Source: Octopus bimaculoides
Lineage: Eukaryota
Reading direction: 5' to 3'
Assembly: GCF_001194135.2 (NCBI RefSeq)
Contig: NC_068994.1
Coordinates: 12,226,615 to 12,290,614 of the forward strand
DNA length: 64,000 nucleotides
This document shows, one piece after another, positions 11,724 through 24,676 of this stretch. A program made the translations under genes and the position numbers. How positions within the stretch are numbered: the first letter of the stretch is position 1; each line of letters opens with the position of its first letter. A model generated the notes under the pieces. It saw only the letters and a program-made list of their open reading frames with translations. It ran no database searches and was not told the DNA's origin.

Positions 11724-14700
11724 ACATACACAGGGCGACCCCCAAAAAATCAGAACCCATAAAATTTTTATTAAATCCTACAAAGGTCCAGCTAATTTCT
11801 TCAAATTTGCTGGACTTGAACTTTGGTCTGTGTACGGTCATTCCCTTTGCTTAAAAGTCATGTTCTTTTCAAAATATACTCCAAATGGCATACATTGCAC
11901 AAAATTGTCAATTACTCGAACACATTCCTCTTTGGGGATTTCCTTGATTTCTGCTGTGATTGTTGTCTTCAGTTCACCAATCGTTTGAGGTTTGTTCTGG
12001 TAAACATTATCCTTGAGATACCCCCCCCCCCCNNNNNNNNNNNNNNNNNNNNNNNNNNNNNNNNNNNNNNNNNNNNNNNNNNNNNNNNNNNNNNNNNNNN
12101 NNNNNNNNNNNNNNNNNNNNNNNNNNNNNNNNNNNNNNNNNNNNNNNNNNNNNNNNNNNNNNNNNNNNNNNNNNNNNNNNNNNNNNNNNNNNNNNNNNNN
12201 NNNNNNNNNNNNNNNNNNNNNNNNNNNNNNNNNNNNNNNNNNNNNNNNNNNNNNNNNNNNNNNNNNNNNNNNNNNNNNNNNNNNNNNNNNNNNNNNNNNN
12301 NNNNNNNNNNNNNNNNNNNNNNNNNNNNNNNNNNNNNNNNNNNNNNNNNNNNNNNNNGGGGTCACCCTGTGTGTGTGTGTCTGTGTTTGGGTCTGTTCCC
12401 CATCATTGCATGGCAACCAGTGTTGGTGTGTTTATATCCCCTTAACTTAGCAATTCAGCAAAAAAGACTAATAGAATAAGTATCAGGCTGTTTTTTTAAA
12501 TTTCTTTCTTTCAGCCTTTCGTTCATTATTTCTTTCTTACTGTTATTTACTTTTTCATTCGTTTAGATTTTCTTTCTTTCCTTCAAGTTTACTTTGTTTC
12601 TTCCAAATTTTCTTCTTGACTTCGATTTTCCTTTCATTAGTCTTTCAGTAACAACACCAAACTCCTATACCCGATCAAACAGATCAGCTACAGACAAGGC
12701 TAATTCACGTAAACTAATATCACCAATATTGCAGATGGCAGTCACTACCACTCCTTTGGGAGGATTAGCCTCTGACTGCAATGAATCTCGAGGTAACATA
12801 AGCAAAATACTACTAGAACCAATAGCACTCCCAGTATGGAAAGCATAGAAACGGTTCTTCAAGCAATAAGCATGATCATGCTTGAAAGGAATAATTTTCC
12901 AACCAAGGCCATAATAAATATCAGTGGCCTTAGAAGTGTTGGTCCCTTCGACAGGTTTCCACAGATCCAACATTGTTTTGCGCTTCAGATAGCCCTTCAA
13001 CCTGGCTTCATTGCTGTTCTTGTAAATGAAGTCTTTGTTTTGTGCACCTTGTCCTTCTGTTTTTGTATTCAGAGGAGATGTGCTATCACCAGAGTCATCA
13101 AACTGGAAGCTGTACAGCATGGCATTTCCAAATTTTATCAAGTCCTCAGCAGTTGAAAGGAATCCACCACCAGCCCACTTGTAAGAATTATCAACGTAGG
13201 GAGCATTAACCACTTGTCCATTCTTTGAAATACTGTAGAACCTGACAGAAATACATAAATAAACACAAGTATAAAGCAGGATTGATATAATAGATAGATA
13301 GAAGGGTAGGTTAAGAAGTGGTGGCTGTCACAGAGTGTGCTAATTGCTGAAACTACAACACTGGTATTGCTGAGACCCCCTTCGGTCATGACTGACCATG
13401 AGATTGCACCTAGAAAGTTACCCTCCGAAGTACAAGTCCGGGCAAGATTGCTCATGGAAGACCAGCAGTCGCCCATGCATACCGGCCTCCCCTCTCCACG
13501 CCACCAGTGTTATCCAAGGGAAAGGCAAAGGGGCCAATACAGCTTGGCACCTGTGACGTCGCAACTCATTTCTACAGCTGAGTGAACTGGAGCAACGCGA
13601 AATAAAGTGTCTTGCTCAAGAATACAACACACAGCCCGGTTCGGGATTCGAACTCACAACCTCGCAATCGTAAGCTCGACACTCTAACCACTGAGCCATG
13701 CACCTTCACTGGTATATGTATATACATATACACATACATACCTATCTTTTATATATATATATATATGTATATGTATATATATAAAAGGGTTGGACTAAAT
13801 AATGGAAACACATAGCATCATAATTTTGAAATATCTATAAAACAATCAAAAGCTTGTTTATTTTTATGTTCTTTTGATTTATTATTAGTGTTGCTTAATA
13901 TGTTTTGCTAAAATTGCTGTTTTTTTTTCAGATATCAGAAAAAGGTAATTAAAATTTATTAAAATGACAGATCTATCGGACTTTCAAAGAGGTCAAATTG
14001 ATAGAGCTCGCATGGCAGGCACTAGTATAATGAAGAAGTACTGTCTTGAAAGTAATGACAGCTTTTGAGAAAGAGGGAAAAACCTCCTCATCGAAACAAA
14101 ACTCCGGAAGAAAACCAAAACTTTCAGACAGGAACCGTTGGACTCTTATGTGAATTATTAGAAAGGATCACAAAAGTACAGCTCCCAAAATCACTACAGA
14201 GCTTAATGACCACCTCGAGAACCCAGTTTCCACAAAAACTGTTCACTGGAAGCTGCACAAAGCCAGATTTCATGGGATGGCTGCAACCAGAAAACCACTA
14301 CTTTCAAAACAAATGTTGCAAAGTATTTAGAGTGGAGTAAAAACCTACAGAATTGGTCCCTAGAGTAGTTGAAGAATGTTATTTTCTCAGATGAGTCATC
14401 CCTTACCTTATTTCTGACCACCAGCCGAGTATACATGTGGAGACAGCCAAAAGAAGCATTTGACCCAGACTGCCCTCTTCCAACTGTTAAACGTGGATCT
14501 GGGGGGGTGCTATATCTTGGAAATCCACCAGTCCAATGGTTTCCCTTCATGGCAGAATTAATAGTGAAGACTATTTAAGCACTTTATCAGCTCAAATTCA
14601 TCCTATAGTTGCAGAACTGTTTCTGGAAGGAAATGCAATCTTTCAAGATGACAATGCTTCAATTCACACAACTAAAGTTGTTACTGAATGGCATGAGGAA

Positions 14701-17700
14701 CATTCTAGTGAAGTTGAACATCTTATCTGGCCACTACAGTCCCCAGATCCCGATATTATTGAACATTCAGGGTAGTGAGCTGGCAGAATCATTAGCACGC
14801 TGGGTGAAATGCTTAGCGCTATTTTGTCTGTCATTGCATTCTGAGTTCAGTTCTGCTGAGGTCGACTTTGCCTTTCATCCTTTCGGGGTCAATTAAATTA
14901 AATCAACTTAATCCCTTTGTCTGTCCTTGTTTGTTCCCTCTATAATTATTGAACATTTATGGTGCATTTTAGAAAAACAAGTAAGGAGTTGATGTCCTCC
15001 ACCATCATCACTACAAGAACTACTTATTTCTCGCTCAGAGATTTAAAACTAATCGTTTTTCTCCTAACAAGATCAGTGACTGTGTGGCTTGGAGTTCAGT
15101 CCTACTGCATGGCAGGATCCTGGGCAAGTGTCTTCTACTATAGCCCTAGGCTAACCAAAGCCTTGTGAGTAGATTTGGTAGAAGGAAACTGAAAAAAAAC
15201 CCCCAATACATTGATATATAGGTGTGTGTGTTTGTATTTCATTTGCACCCCATCACTGTTTGACAACCAGTGTTTGTTTGTTTACATCCCCGTAATCTAC
15301 AAGTTTGGCAAAAGAGACCACTAGAATAAATACTAAGCTAAAGAAAAAATAAAATAACTCCTGGGATCAATTTGTTTGAGTAAAACCCTTGAAGGCAGTG
15401 ACCCAGCATGGCCGCAGTCCAATGACTGAAAAAAGTGAAAAAAGATTTTTAAAAAAAGTGATAAAAATTCCATAATAATAATTAAGTAATAAGGAAGAGT
15501 TTCTCCTCACCTGGATCTGTTATATATGATGGGTTTATTCCTGTCCAGGTAGGTGTTGTGAAGTCCGAGCTCTCTGAACACTGAGGGCATCATCTTTGTT
15601 AAAGATATATTTGAAGATTTCTCCAAGACAGCACTCACCAATGTCCAGCCGTGTGTTGTATACAGAAACTTACTGCCTAGATGAACGACAGGAGATAACA
15701 GTAATGTAAAACCCAGAAGAATTGCTGCCAAGCATTTTGTCTGGTGTGCTAACGACTCTGCCAGCTTACCATTGTAATAATCCTTTCTATTATAGGCACA
15801 AAACCTGAAGATTTTTGTGGGGAGGGGACGAGTCTATTACATCGACCCCAGTGTGTAACTGGTACTTAATTTATCGATCCTGGAAAGATGAAAGGCAAAG
15901 TTGACCCCGGCAGCATTTGAACTCAGAACAAATTAAAAAGAAGAAAAAAATGAAGAAAAAAAAAACACAAAAGAAGAACTGTGCTAGGTTTTTATGAACA
16001 AACTATAAAAAGTAAAAGCTTCTCTGAATTATAAACCAAGAACTGTGACAGTTTCTTTGAACGAATAAAAGATTTTTAAGACATTTTTCAAGCAACATAC
16101 AACAGAATATTTTAAAAACAATCAAATTACCTGGTTTGTGAACAAGAGGATCGTCTTTGAAGAGCGTTAGGGCTTCGTCAACATTTTTGAAGGACTTTTT
16201 CAGATACATTTCCTCCATTTTGTAGTCGCTGTTGTTTGAAGATTCAGATAGTTTAACAAGTTCCTTGCTGTTGTTGTTGTTGTTAGTGTTGTTGTTGTTG
16301 TTGGTAGAGGCATTGTTGTTGTTGTTCTTGGTGGTGGTGTTATCGGCACTCTTTGAATCATCCTAGTAAAAGAGAAACACAGACACAAAACATAAAAAAA
16401 CGAAAAAAAAAACCCAACAAAAACATCAAAACAAGTAATCATCATCATCATCATCATTTAACGTCCATTTTCCATGCTTGAATGGGTTGGACAGTTTGAC
16501 CAGAGCTGGTAAAGTCAGAAGTCACACCAGGCTCCATTATCTTTTCTGGCACAATTTCTACAGTTGGATGCTCTTCCTAATGCCAACCACTCAACTGAGT
16601 GTACCAGGCGCTTTTTATGTGGCACCAGTATCAATTCTGCTGTGGCAGACAGGTCTAATAAATACAATGTCACAGGTGTAGTTATATGGATAAAGCTGTT
16701 TTCAAGTTGTTTCACTGTGAAGTACCTCGGGGAAAGTGACTTCTACTACAGCAACTAAGCTGGCCAATGTCTTGTGAATAAATTTGGTAGAAAGAAATTG
16801 TGTAGAAGTGGCGAGCTGGCAGAAACATTAGCACACCGGGCGAAATGCTTAGTGGTATGTCGTCTGCCGTTACATTCTGAGTTCAAATTCCGCCGAGGTC
16901 GACTTTGCCTTTCATCCTTTCGGGGTCGATAAATTAAGTACCAGTTACACACTAAACATAGAGGGGACAAACAAAGACAGACAAAGGGATTAAGTCGATT
17001 ATATCGATCCCAGTACAATGTTTCGAGTGGCATGGGTGCTTCAAAAGTGGAAGAATATCCCCGGAAGATGATGAATGATCTGGAAGACCTGCCACAAGCA
17101 TCACCCCCGGAAATGTGGTATTGTGCATTAAGAATTCATGCCACAGGGCCAGACCATCAATCAAGAGTTCTACTGTGAAGTTTTGAAGCATTTGGGGGAG
17201 GACATTTGGCAAAAGTGACAGGATCTGTGGAGCATGAAGAACTGGATTCTTCATGACAACAATGCATCCTGTCACTGAGCTCTCCTCACTCATGAATTTC
17301 TCACCGAAAACAACATGGTGTCACTTCCACACCTGCCCTATTCGCCAGATTTAGCACCTGCTGACTTCCGTCTCTTCCTCAAGATGAAAATGCAGTTCAA
17401 AAGTTGCCGTTTTAACACCGTTGTCAAGATCCAGAGTGAATTGCAGAAGCTCCTTGGCTTGCTTGTAGAAAACAATTTCCAGGCTGGATTCCAAAAGTGG
17501 CAGAAACACTGGGACGGGTTTATTGCTGTGCAAGGTGACTGTTTCAAAGGAAATCATGTTAAACCTTAGGCAAATAAGTAATTTTTTTATTAAACATAAC
17601 TAGTCCAGGAACCTTTTGATACTGCCTCGTATACATGAAATGAATTGCTTCCTGGATTCTTCGCCAGGAATAGAAACCTAGACTAGATTTTTCAATGAGT

Positions 17701-18227
17701 TCATTCCTATTGTTTTCAGTATTAGCACTTGGAAATTTATGAAAATCAGCTGTCATATATAGATAAGTTCTATTCTTTAACTAACCATTTTTCAGTCACC
17801 AACAGTTCAAACCAGATAAAAGACCTAATTTAAACAGGAACATATTATGAATACATGGAAGAACACCTCTCTTTCTCTCTTCACTAATGGCTTCTCAAGA
17901 TGTAATCATACAACCTCCACCTTCTCTACTCATCAACCTAGAGAGGTAAGTTCTCTTACTCTTTTTAATTATATCAACCCCCCCTATATTTGACTGGTAT
18001 TTATTTTATGAACCCCAGAGGGATGAAAGCAAAATTAACCTCGGTCAGCTTTGAACTCAGAACGTAATGAGTCAGAAGAAATACTGTAAAGCATTTTCCC
18101 TGCACTCTCATGAATCTGCTGTCTTTAACTCCAGTTTAATAATATTTTCTACTATAGGCACAAGTCTAGAAATTTTGGGGGAGGGGTCTGACTGATACTT
18201 AATTTATTGACCCCTTTAGGATTTTTC

Positions 18228-18269
<42 letters not shown>

Positions 18270-18446
18270 ATTTGATGGCGTATAAAACACATTTTAAAGA
18301 AATAGTTTCAAAATTTCACCCCAGGTCCTGCATGTAAAGTTGGGTCTCCCATAAGCTAATTTTGTTCCTGGTTCTCTTATTTCCAAATATACACAGCTGA
18401 AATTGGGGCTCATCTAATAATGCCCATGCATCTTTTCAACCACCCA

Positions 18447-18478
<32 letters not shown>

Positions 18479-18672
18479 GTGTGTGTGTGTGTATAAAAAA
18501 TTAGAAAGCAATCGTGACTCTTTAAGGAATCCAGTCCTCACCTTAGAATTATCGTTACTATTTTTATCAGCATCCTTATCTATATACGTCCTGTTGTAGT
18601 GACGAATACCACCCATGTGAGACAGCAAATGACGGACAGTTAGTGTCACCTAAAAAAAAATTAAAACCAACA

Positions 18673-18726
<54 letters not shown>

Positions 18727-19476
18727 ACAAAATAAGACAAAAATAATTTCAAAATAAAAGGCAACTGACAAAAATGAATGATAGGGGCATTTTTTATGTC
18801 AGCAATTCCCAACTTGGTGGTTCATAGACCCCTGGAGGTCAAGAAAGGATATTATTGGGGATCCATGAATTTTTATCAAAATTGCACCTGCTGAGACCCC
18901 CTTCGATCATGACTGACCATGGGATTGCACCTAGAAAGTTACCCTCCCAGGCACAAGTCCGGGCAAGGTTGTTTATGGAAGACCAGCAGTCGTCCATGCA
19001 AACCAGCCTCCCCTCTCCACACCACTGATGTTATCCAAGGCAAAGGCAAAGGGGCCAATACGGCTTGGCACCTGTGACATCGCAACTCATTTCTACAGCT
19101 GAGTGAACTGGAGTAACGTGAAATAAAGTGTCTTGCTCAAGAACACAACAAGCAGCCCGGTACGGGATTCGATCTCACAACCTCACGATTGTAAGCTCAA
19201 CGCTCTAACCACTGAGCCATGCACCCTCACTGAAAATTGCACCTCTATATAGGTGCATGAACTCATCANNNNNNNNNNNNNNNNNNNNNNNNNNNNNNNN
19301 NNNNNNNNNNNNNNNNNNNNNNNNNNNNNNNNNNNNNNNNNNNNNNNNNNNNNNNNNNNNNNNNNNNNNNNNNNNNNNNNNCACTGTCACATATAGAAAA
19401 ACTTAATTTAATTTTAATTTTTAATAAATTGAATTTAATTGAGTTTTTACCTGTAAAGTTGGATTTTTATCCCTAA

Positions 19477-19510
<34 letters not shown>

Positions 19511-19599
19511 TATATTGTTGTATTTGGGGATGGTCATGTTGCCAGTTTAGCCAATAAAAAAACACGTACTATATTTCACATCAAGAATCTTGCAAAACG

Positions 19600-19636
<37 letters not shown>

Positions 19637-22600
19637 AGGTAATGTGGCTGATGCTGGTGTTGTGGAAACTAGCAATCATGCCAGTGGCACACAAAAAGCA
19701 CCTTTCAAGCGCTGGGCCTCAGAGAGCAAAGGACAAAGGACAAAGACCTTGCTGTGCTTGAGAAGGAAGATCCATAAAGCTGAGTGAAATTATAGTTGTG
19801 ACAGATACTGGTGTCATGAAACTGGCACATAAAAGCACCCTTTACACTCTTGGAGTTGTTGGCACCAGGAAGGGCATCCAGTCATAGGAAACATGCCATA
19901 TTAGACTGGAATCTAGTGCAAAACATCAGCTTACCAGCCCTCGTTAAACTGTCCAACCTATGTCAGCAGAGACAATTGATGTTAAATGATGATGATGATG
20001 GTATATATATGTACATGACAACAGCACAAGTGCTTTTTACATGGCACCAAGTCTCCATATTTGGGTTCATTCATTCAGTCATTCTTCTGAGACAGGTCTT
20101 GTTTTTGTTTTGCTAGGTTTCTACCAACCCTCTTCACTAAGCAAGCATGGTGGTGTACTAGTTAAGTCATTGATGACCCAACCATGTAACATGTTGTGCC
20201 AAACTTCATGTTACTTATAGCACTCATTACACTGGAATTATTCCTTATTGTTGTCCCTTCCATGCAGCTATGAAGCTCCAAAGTATAAAAGAAATGGTAA
20301 ATGTACATCCTAATATTCATGTTATTTGTGGTTCCAGCAATGACCACCTAGGGCCAGATTTACATATGGGCCAAACATGGCCTAGGCACCCACAAGCACT
20401 GGGGGCCTCTGACCACCCAGGGCCAGATTTACATATGGGCCAAACATGGCCTAGGCACCCACAAGCACTGGGGGCCTCTTTTAACTTAAAGAAGCCTAAA
20501 ACTTAGCATTTAAATTAAATACATTTATAAATAATTTGCAATTTCTTTTTATTACTTATTTAATTTTTTTATTGATCCAATAGAGTTCCTTTAAAATCAT
20601 GGAGTCCTCTTTTGATTAATTGGGCCCTTTAAGATTAAAAAAAACCCCATTAAATTTAACTTAACCCCTCTGAATCTACTGAGGCTCTTCTCAGTTTTGG
20701 GACTTCTTCAAAATGTTTGGAGCCCTTGGATTTAACAGCCTTCTGTATTATCTTATTATGCTTTAAATTAGCAAATTCATAAGGGCCACCAGAACCTATT
20801 GGCCCAGGGACCCTACAAAGTGTAAATCCAGTCCTATGACCACCTCAACTATTTTTCAGTCAGTATGCATCTACGACCACATTATCTAGTGTCTTTCCAT
20901 TATTTGCATACAGTAGTATGTTATTTAAAAAAAGAGATCTTTCTAGCTGGTTGATTGTCTATACATAGGCTCCCTATTGACATGTAAAAATAATATAAAC
21001 ACAAAAAGAACAAAACATAAAAATATAAATAAACGTAAAAAAAAAAGAATTCCACCAAACTGTCAAATAACAAAAGGAAAACAATAAATAGTTAGAAAAA
21101 AGGATAAATAACCTGGAATACTAAGGCTATACATGTCTCTTCATAATATTTGTCATTGCCTTGAGTGGCCTTAAATTACATTCGCAATGTAATATGATAA
21201 CCTTCACTACCACCAGCACCTTCATGACCTTTACTCTCTCTCTCCACCACTACTGCTATAAAGATTACCACCACTGATACCAATATTAATAACACACAAA
21301 CCATTTTGAGCGTGGCCGTTGCCAGTGCCGCCTGACTGGCTCCCGTAGGATTTTCGAGCGAGATCGTTGCCAGTGCCCCTGGACTGGCTTGTGCGGGTGG
21401 CACATAAAAGACACCATTTCGAGCGTGGCCGTTTTCGTGCGGGTGACACGTAGAAGCAGCCACTACACTCTCTGAGTGGTTGGCGTTAGGAAGGGCATCC
21501 AGCTGTAGAAACTCTGCCAAATTAGATTGGAGCCTGGTGTTGCCATCCGGTTTCACCAGTCCTCAGTCAAATCGTCCAACCCATGCTAGCATGGAAAGCG
21601 GACGTTAAACGATGATGATGATGATGATGAAGGCAGCAAGCTGGCAAAGTCACTAGCACAACAGACAAACTATCCTTATCTTTATGTTGAGCTCAAATTC
21701 CACCAGTGGAGGCGCAATGGCCCAGTGGTTAGGGCAGCGGACTTGTGGTTGGAGGATCGTGGTTTCGGTTCCCAGACCAGGTGTGTGTGTTTATTGAGCA
21801 AAAACACCTAAAGCTCCACGAGGCTCCGGCAGGGGGGTGGGTGGCGACCCCTGTTGTACTCTTTCACCCCAATTTTCTTTCACTCTTTCTTGAGTAACAC
21901 TGCAATGGACTGGCGTCCTGTCCAGCTGGGGGGAACACATATGCCATAGAAACTGGGAAACTGGGCCCATGAGCCTGGCTAGGCTTTAAAAAAGGAGCAT
22001 AAATAAAAAANNNNNNNNNNTCAACACATTCCCTTCCCTGAACATGCTGGCCATTTCAACATTTCTCTGTAAGCTGTAGTGTAATCTAGATGGTGCCTAA
22101 AGCCAGTTACCATATTTATGAACTTTAGCTTTTCTTGTTATCAACTGCAGAATCCAGTTTGTTGGCAAATCCAATACATCCAACCATACAGTTAGTTAGT
22201 CTCTTGTGAAGTCATAAACCACCTCATTGGCAAAATGTCAGTAATCATCTTATCGCAGTTCAAAAGAAAAATGATATAAAAATTCTGAAGAATTACAGCA
22301 AAGATTTTAACAAAAAGAACAAAAAAAAAAAAAAATGCATTGTAACTTTGTTTCTGATAAATAGGTATAGGCATCTTTGAGACTGAGTTGGAATATTAAG
22401 TTAAGGAAATGGATTTATTTATTTATTTCTCAAAAAGAAAGTGACAAAAGAGATTTTATTTGTTTCAAAAGTATCTTTTAAAAGATAATATTCTCATATC
22501 TCAAACTGACAATAAGAAGATAATATGGAAAAATGCAGTCGACTACTGGCATTCATTTGTGTTGGTATATTTGTGAATTGTTGTCTTGTTTTGGAACAAA

Positions 22601-23736
22601 CCTACTGTCATGAACCAACATTTTCATAACTTGGTAAGCAATTCTCCAGCTAACCTTGGCTAAAACCTGCTTAAAGGAACCAATCAGATTTAATGGATGC
22701 AGTCATGTCACAGGAAGAAGAGAAAATTTAATGGTTGTGATGGTCTGTCAGAAGGTAGTTATGGATTACATTCTTTTAAAGGAAAATTATCCGAGTTCAT
22801 AATGCACTGATTCACTTTGGCTAATGTTATTCGAACTTAGTATGAAGAGCATAAAAATGAATTAAACCATTTGGATTGCTCCCACTTCTCCACAATCACC
22901 AGATCTCAATATAATAAAATATTTATGCTGCATTTTGGAGCAGCAAGTGAAGGACTGCTTCCTTCAACCATTGTTGTTGAAAGGGCAAAAACAGGTTTTT
23001 ATTTGAAGAGTGGCTCAAAATTCCCTTAACAACCATTCAGAACTTGTATAAACCAATTTCACAATGTATTAACAATGTGATTGATGCCAAGGGTGAACCA
23101 ATTCTTATATTATATAATAAAGTTCTATTTAACAAGGCGTTTCCATTCATTTGCAAGGAGCAACTGTTCTCTAATGATGAAACACAACAGCAATTAACAC
23201 ACTGACATTCAAATCTGCCAGAATGTTATCAAGAATAAATATACAAGTCATTGTTCTGACTTATCATTATTAGTTGGCAGATATCAGAACATATCAGCTA
23301 ATAATTTTTTGCTGAAAGCATTTCTTCCAGTTTTTTTTTTCTATTCTGAGTTCAAATCCCACTGAAGTCAGCTTTGTCTTTCATCCTTTCAGGGTCAATA
23401 AAATAAGTAAGTACCAGTTGTGTACTGGGATCGATGAAATTGACTAGCCCCAAATTTCAGGTCTTGTGCCTATAGTTGAAAGGATTCTTCTTCTATTATT
23501 ATTATTATTATTATTATTATTAAGACAGCGAGCTGGCAGAATCATTAGCACACAGGGCAAAATGTTTAGTAGTATTTTGTCTGCCGCTCTGTTCTCAGTT
23601 CAAATTCTGCCAGGGTCGACTTTGCCTTTCATCCTTTTGGAGTCGATTACATAAGTACCAGCTATGCACTGGGGTCGATGTAATTGACTTAATCCCTTTC
23701 TTCAAATTTGATGTCTTGTGCTTCCAGTAGAAAGGC

Positions 23737-23776
<40 letters not shown>

Positions 23777-24640
23777 CATCATCATCTTTGTTGTTGTTAG
23801 TTTTATAAAAGTGGCTGGCAGGTCCAATGTCCAATTCTAGTTTCCCTGAGGACTGAAGTATGATATTTGATGGGAATGGGTAGATTCTGCATTGCTAATT
23901 AACAAAACATTAATTTAACAGTGCTCCTGCTGTTGCTGCTAACGATATAAACAACAAAAGTGAATTATACTTCACCATAGATCAAACTCGTGTCTACTCA
24001 TACCCTCTGTGGTTGCTAGACTTACTAAAAATAGTAGCCAATTTTATAGCAGATCATACACTATCCAGTTTCAAAATGAAAAAATAAATAAATAAATATA
24101 AAGACATATTAAATAATGTACATCTAGATATACCATGCCTGAAAAAAAGAGACGAAGTGGTCATGTCTAGAATTCTTTTGATCATAGATCCACTTGATCT
24201 GGGTTGGCCATGGGCTAAACCACATTTTCACACAAATATGTACCGGTACAGCTGCGTCTTTAAGAAGTCTACATTGCAACCACAAGGTTCTGGGTTTGGC
24301 TCCACTGCATGGCACCTCTGGCTAATGGTTTCTAATATAGCATTAGGCCAAGCGGTAGCTTATAAGTGAATTAAATACATGGCAGAAACTGCATACACAC
24401 ACACAGAGGCAAATACATTCTCAACCACACATACTTAATGTCTGTGTTTTGCTTGTTTGTCAGTTTGCTGCAATATAGTGCTCTGGGAATGACTGCCCCA
24501 TAGCACTGGGTGTAAAGGAGTCATCTTCAGAACCCTGTTCCGTAGTGAAACAGTAATCAAGCAAAACACACATATTGAATATGTGTGGTCACTAATGTTT
24601 ACAACACTAGCAGTGCTTTTAATTCATAATTGAATACACA

Positions 24641-24676
<36 letters not shown>

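Noticed and set aside
13600-13709. tRNA-like sequences with A and B boxes (also near 4650, 21710, 43745 and 60840)
   Set aside because: These are SINE heads followed by SINE bodies; no complete cloverleaf is evident.
20341-20478. Direct repeats as a CRISPR-like array (also the 31-bp triplet at 27050-27130)
   Set aside because: Eukaryotic context, contiguous repeats with no unique spacers, and no cas genes.
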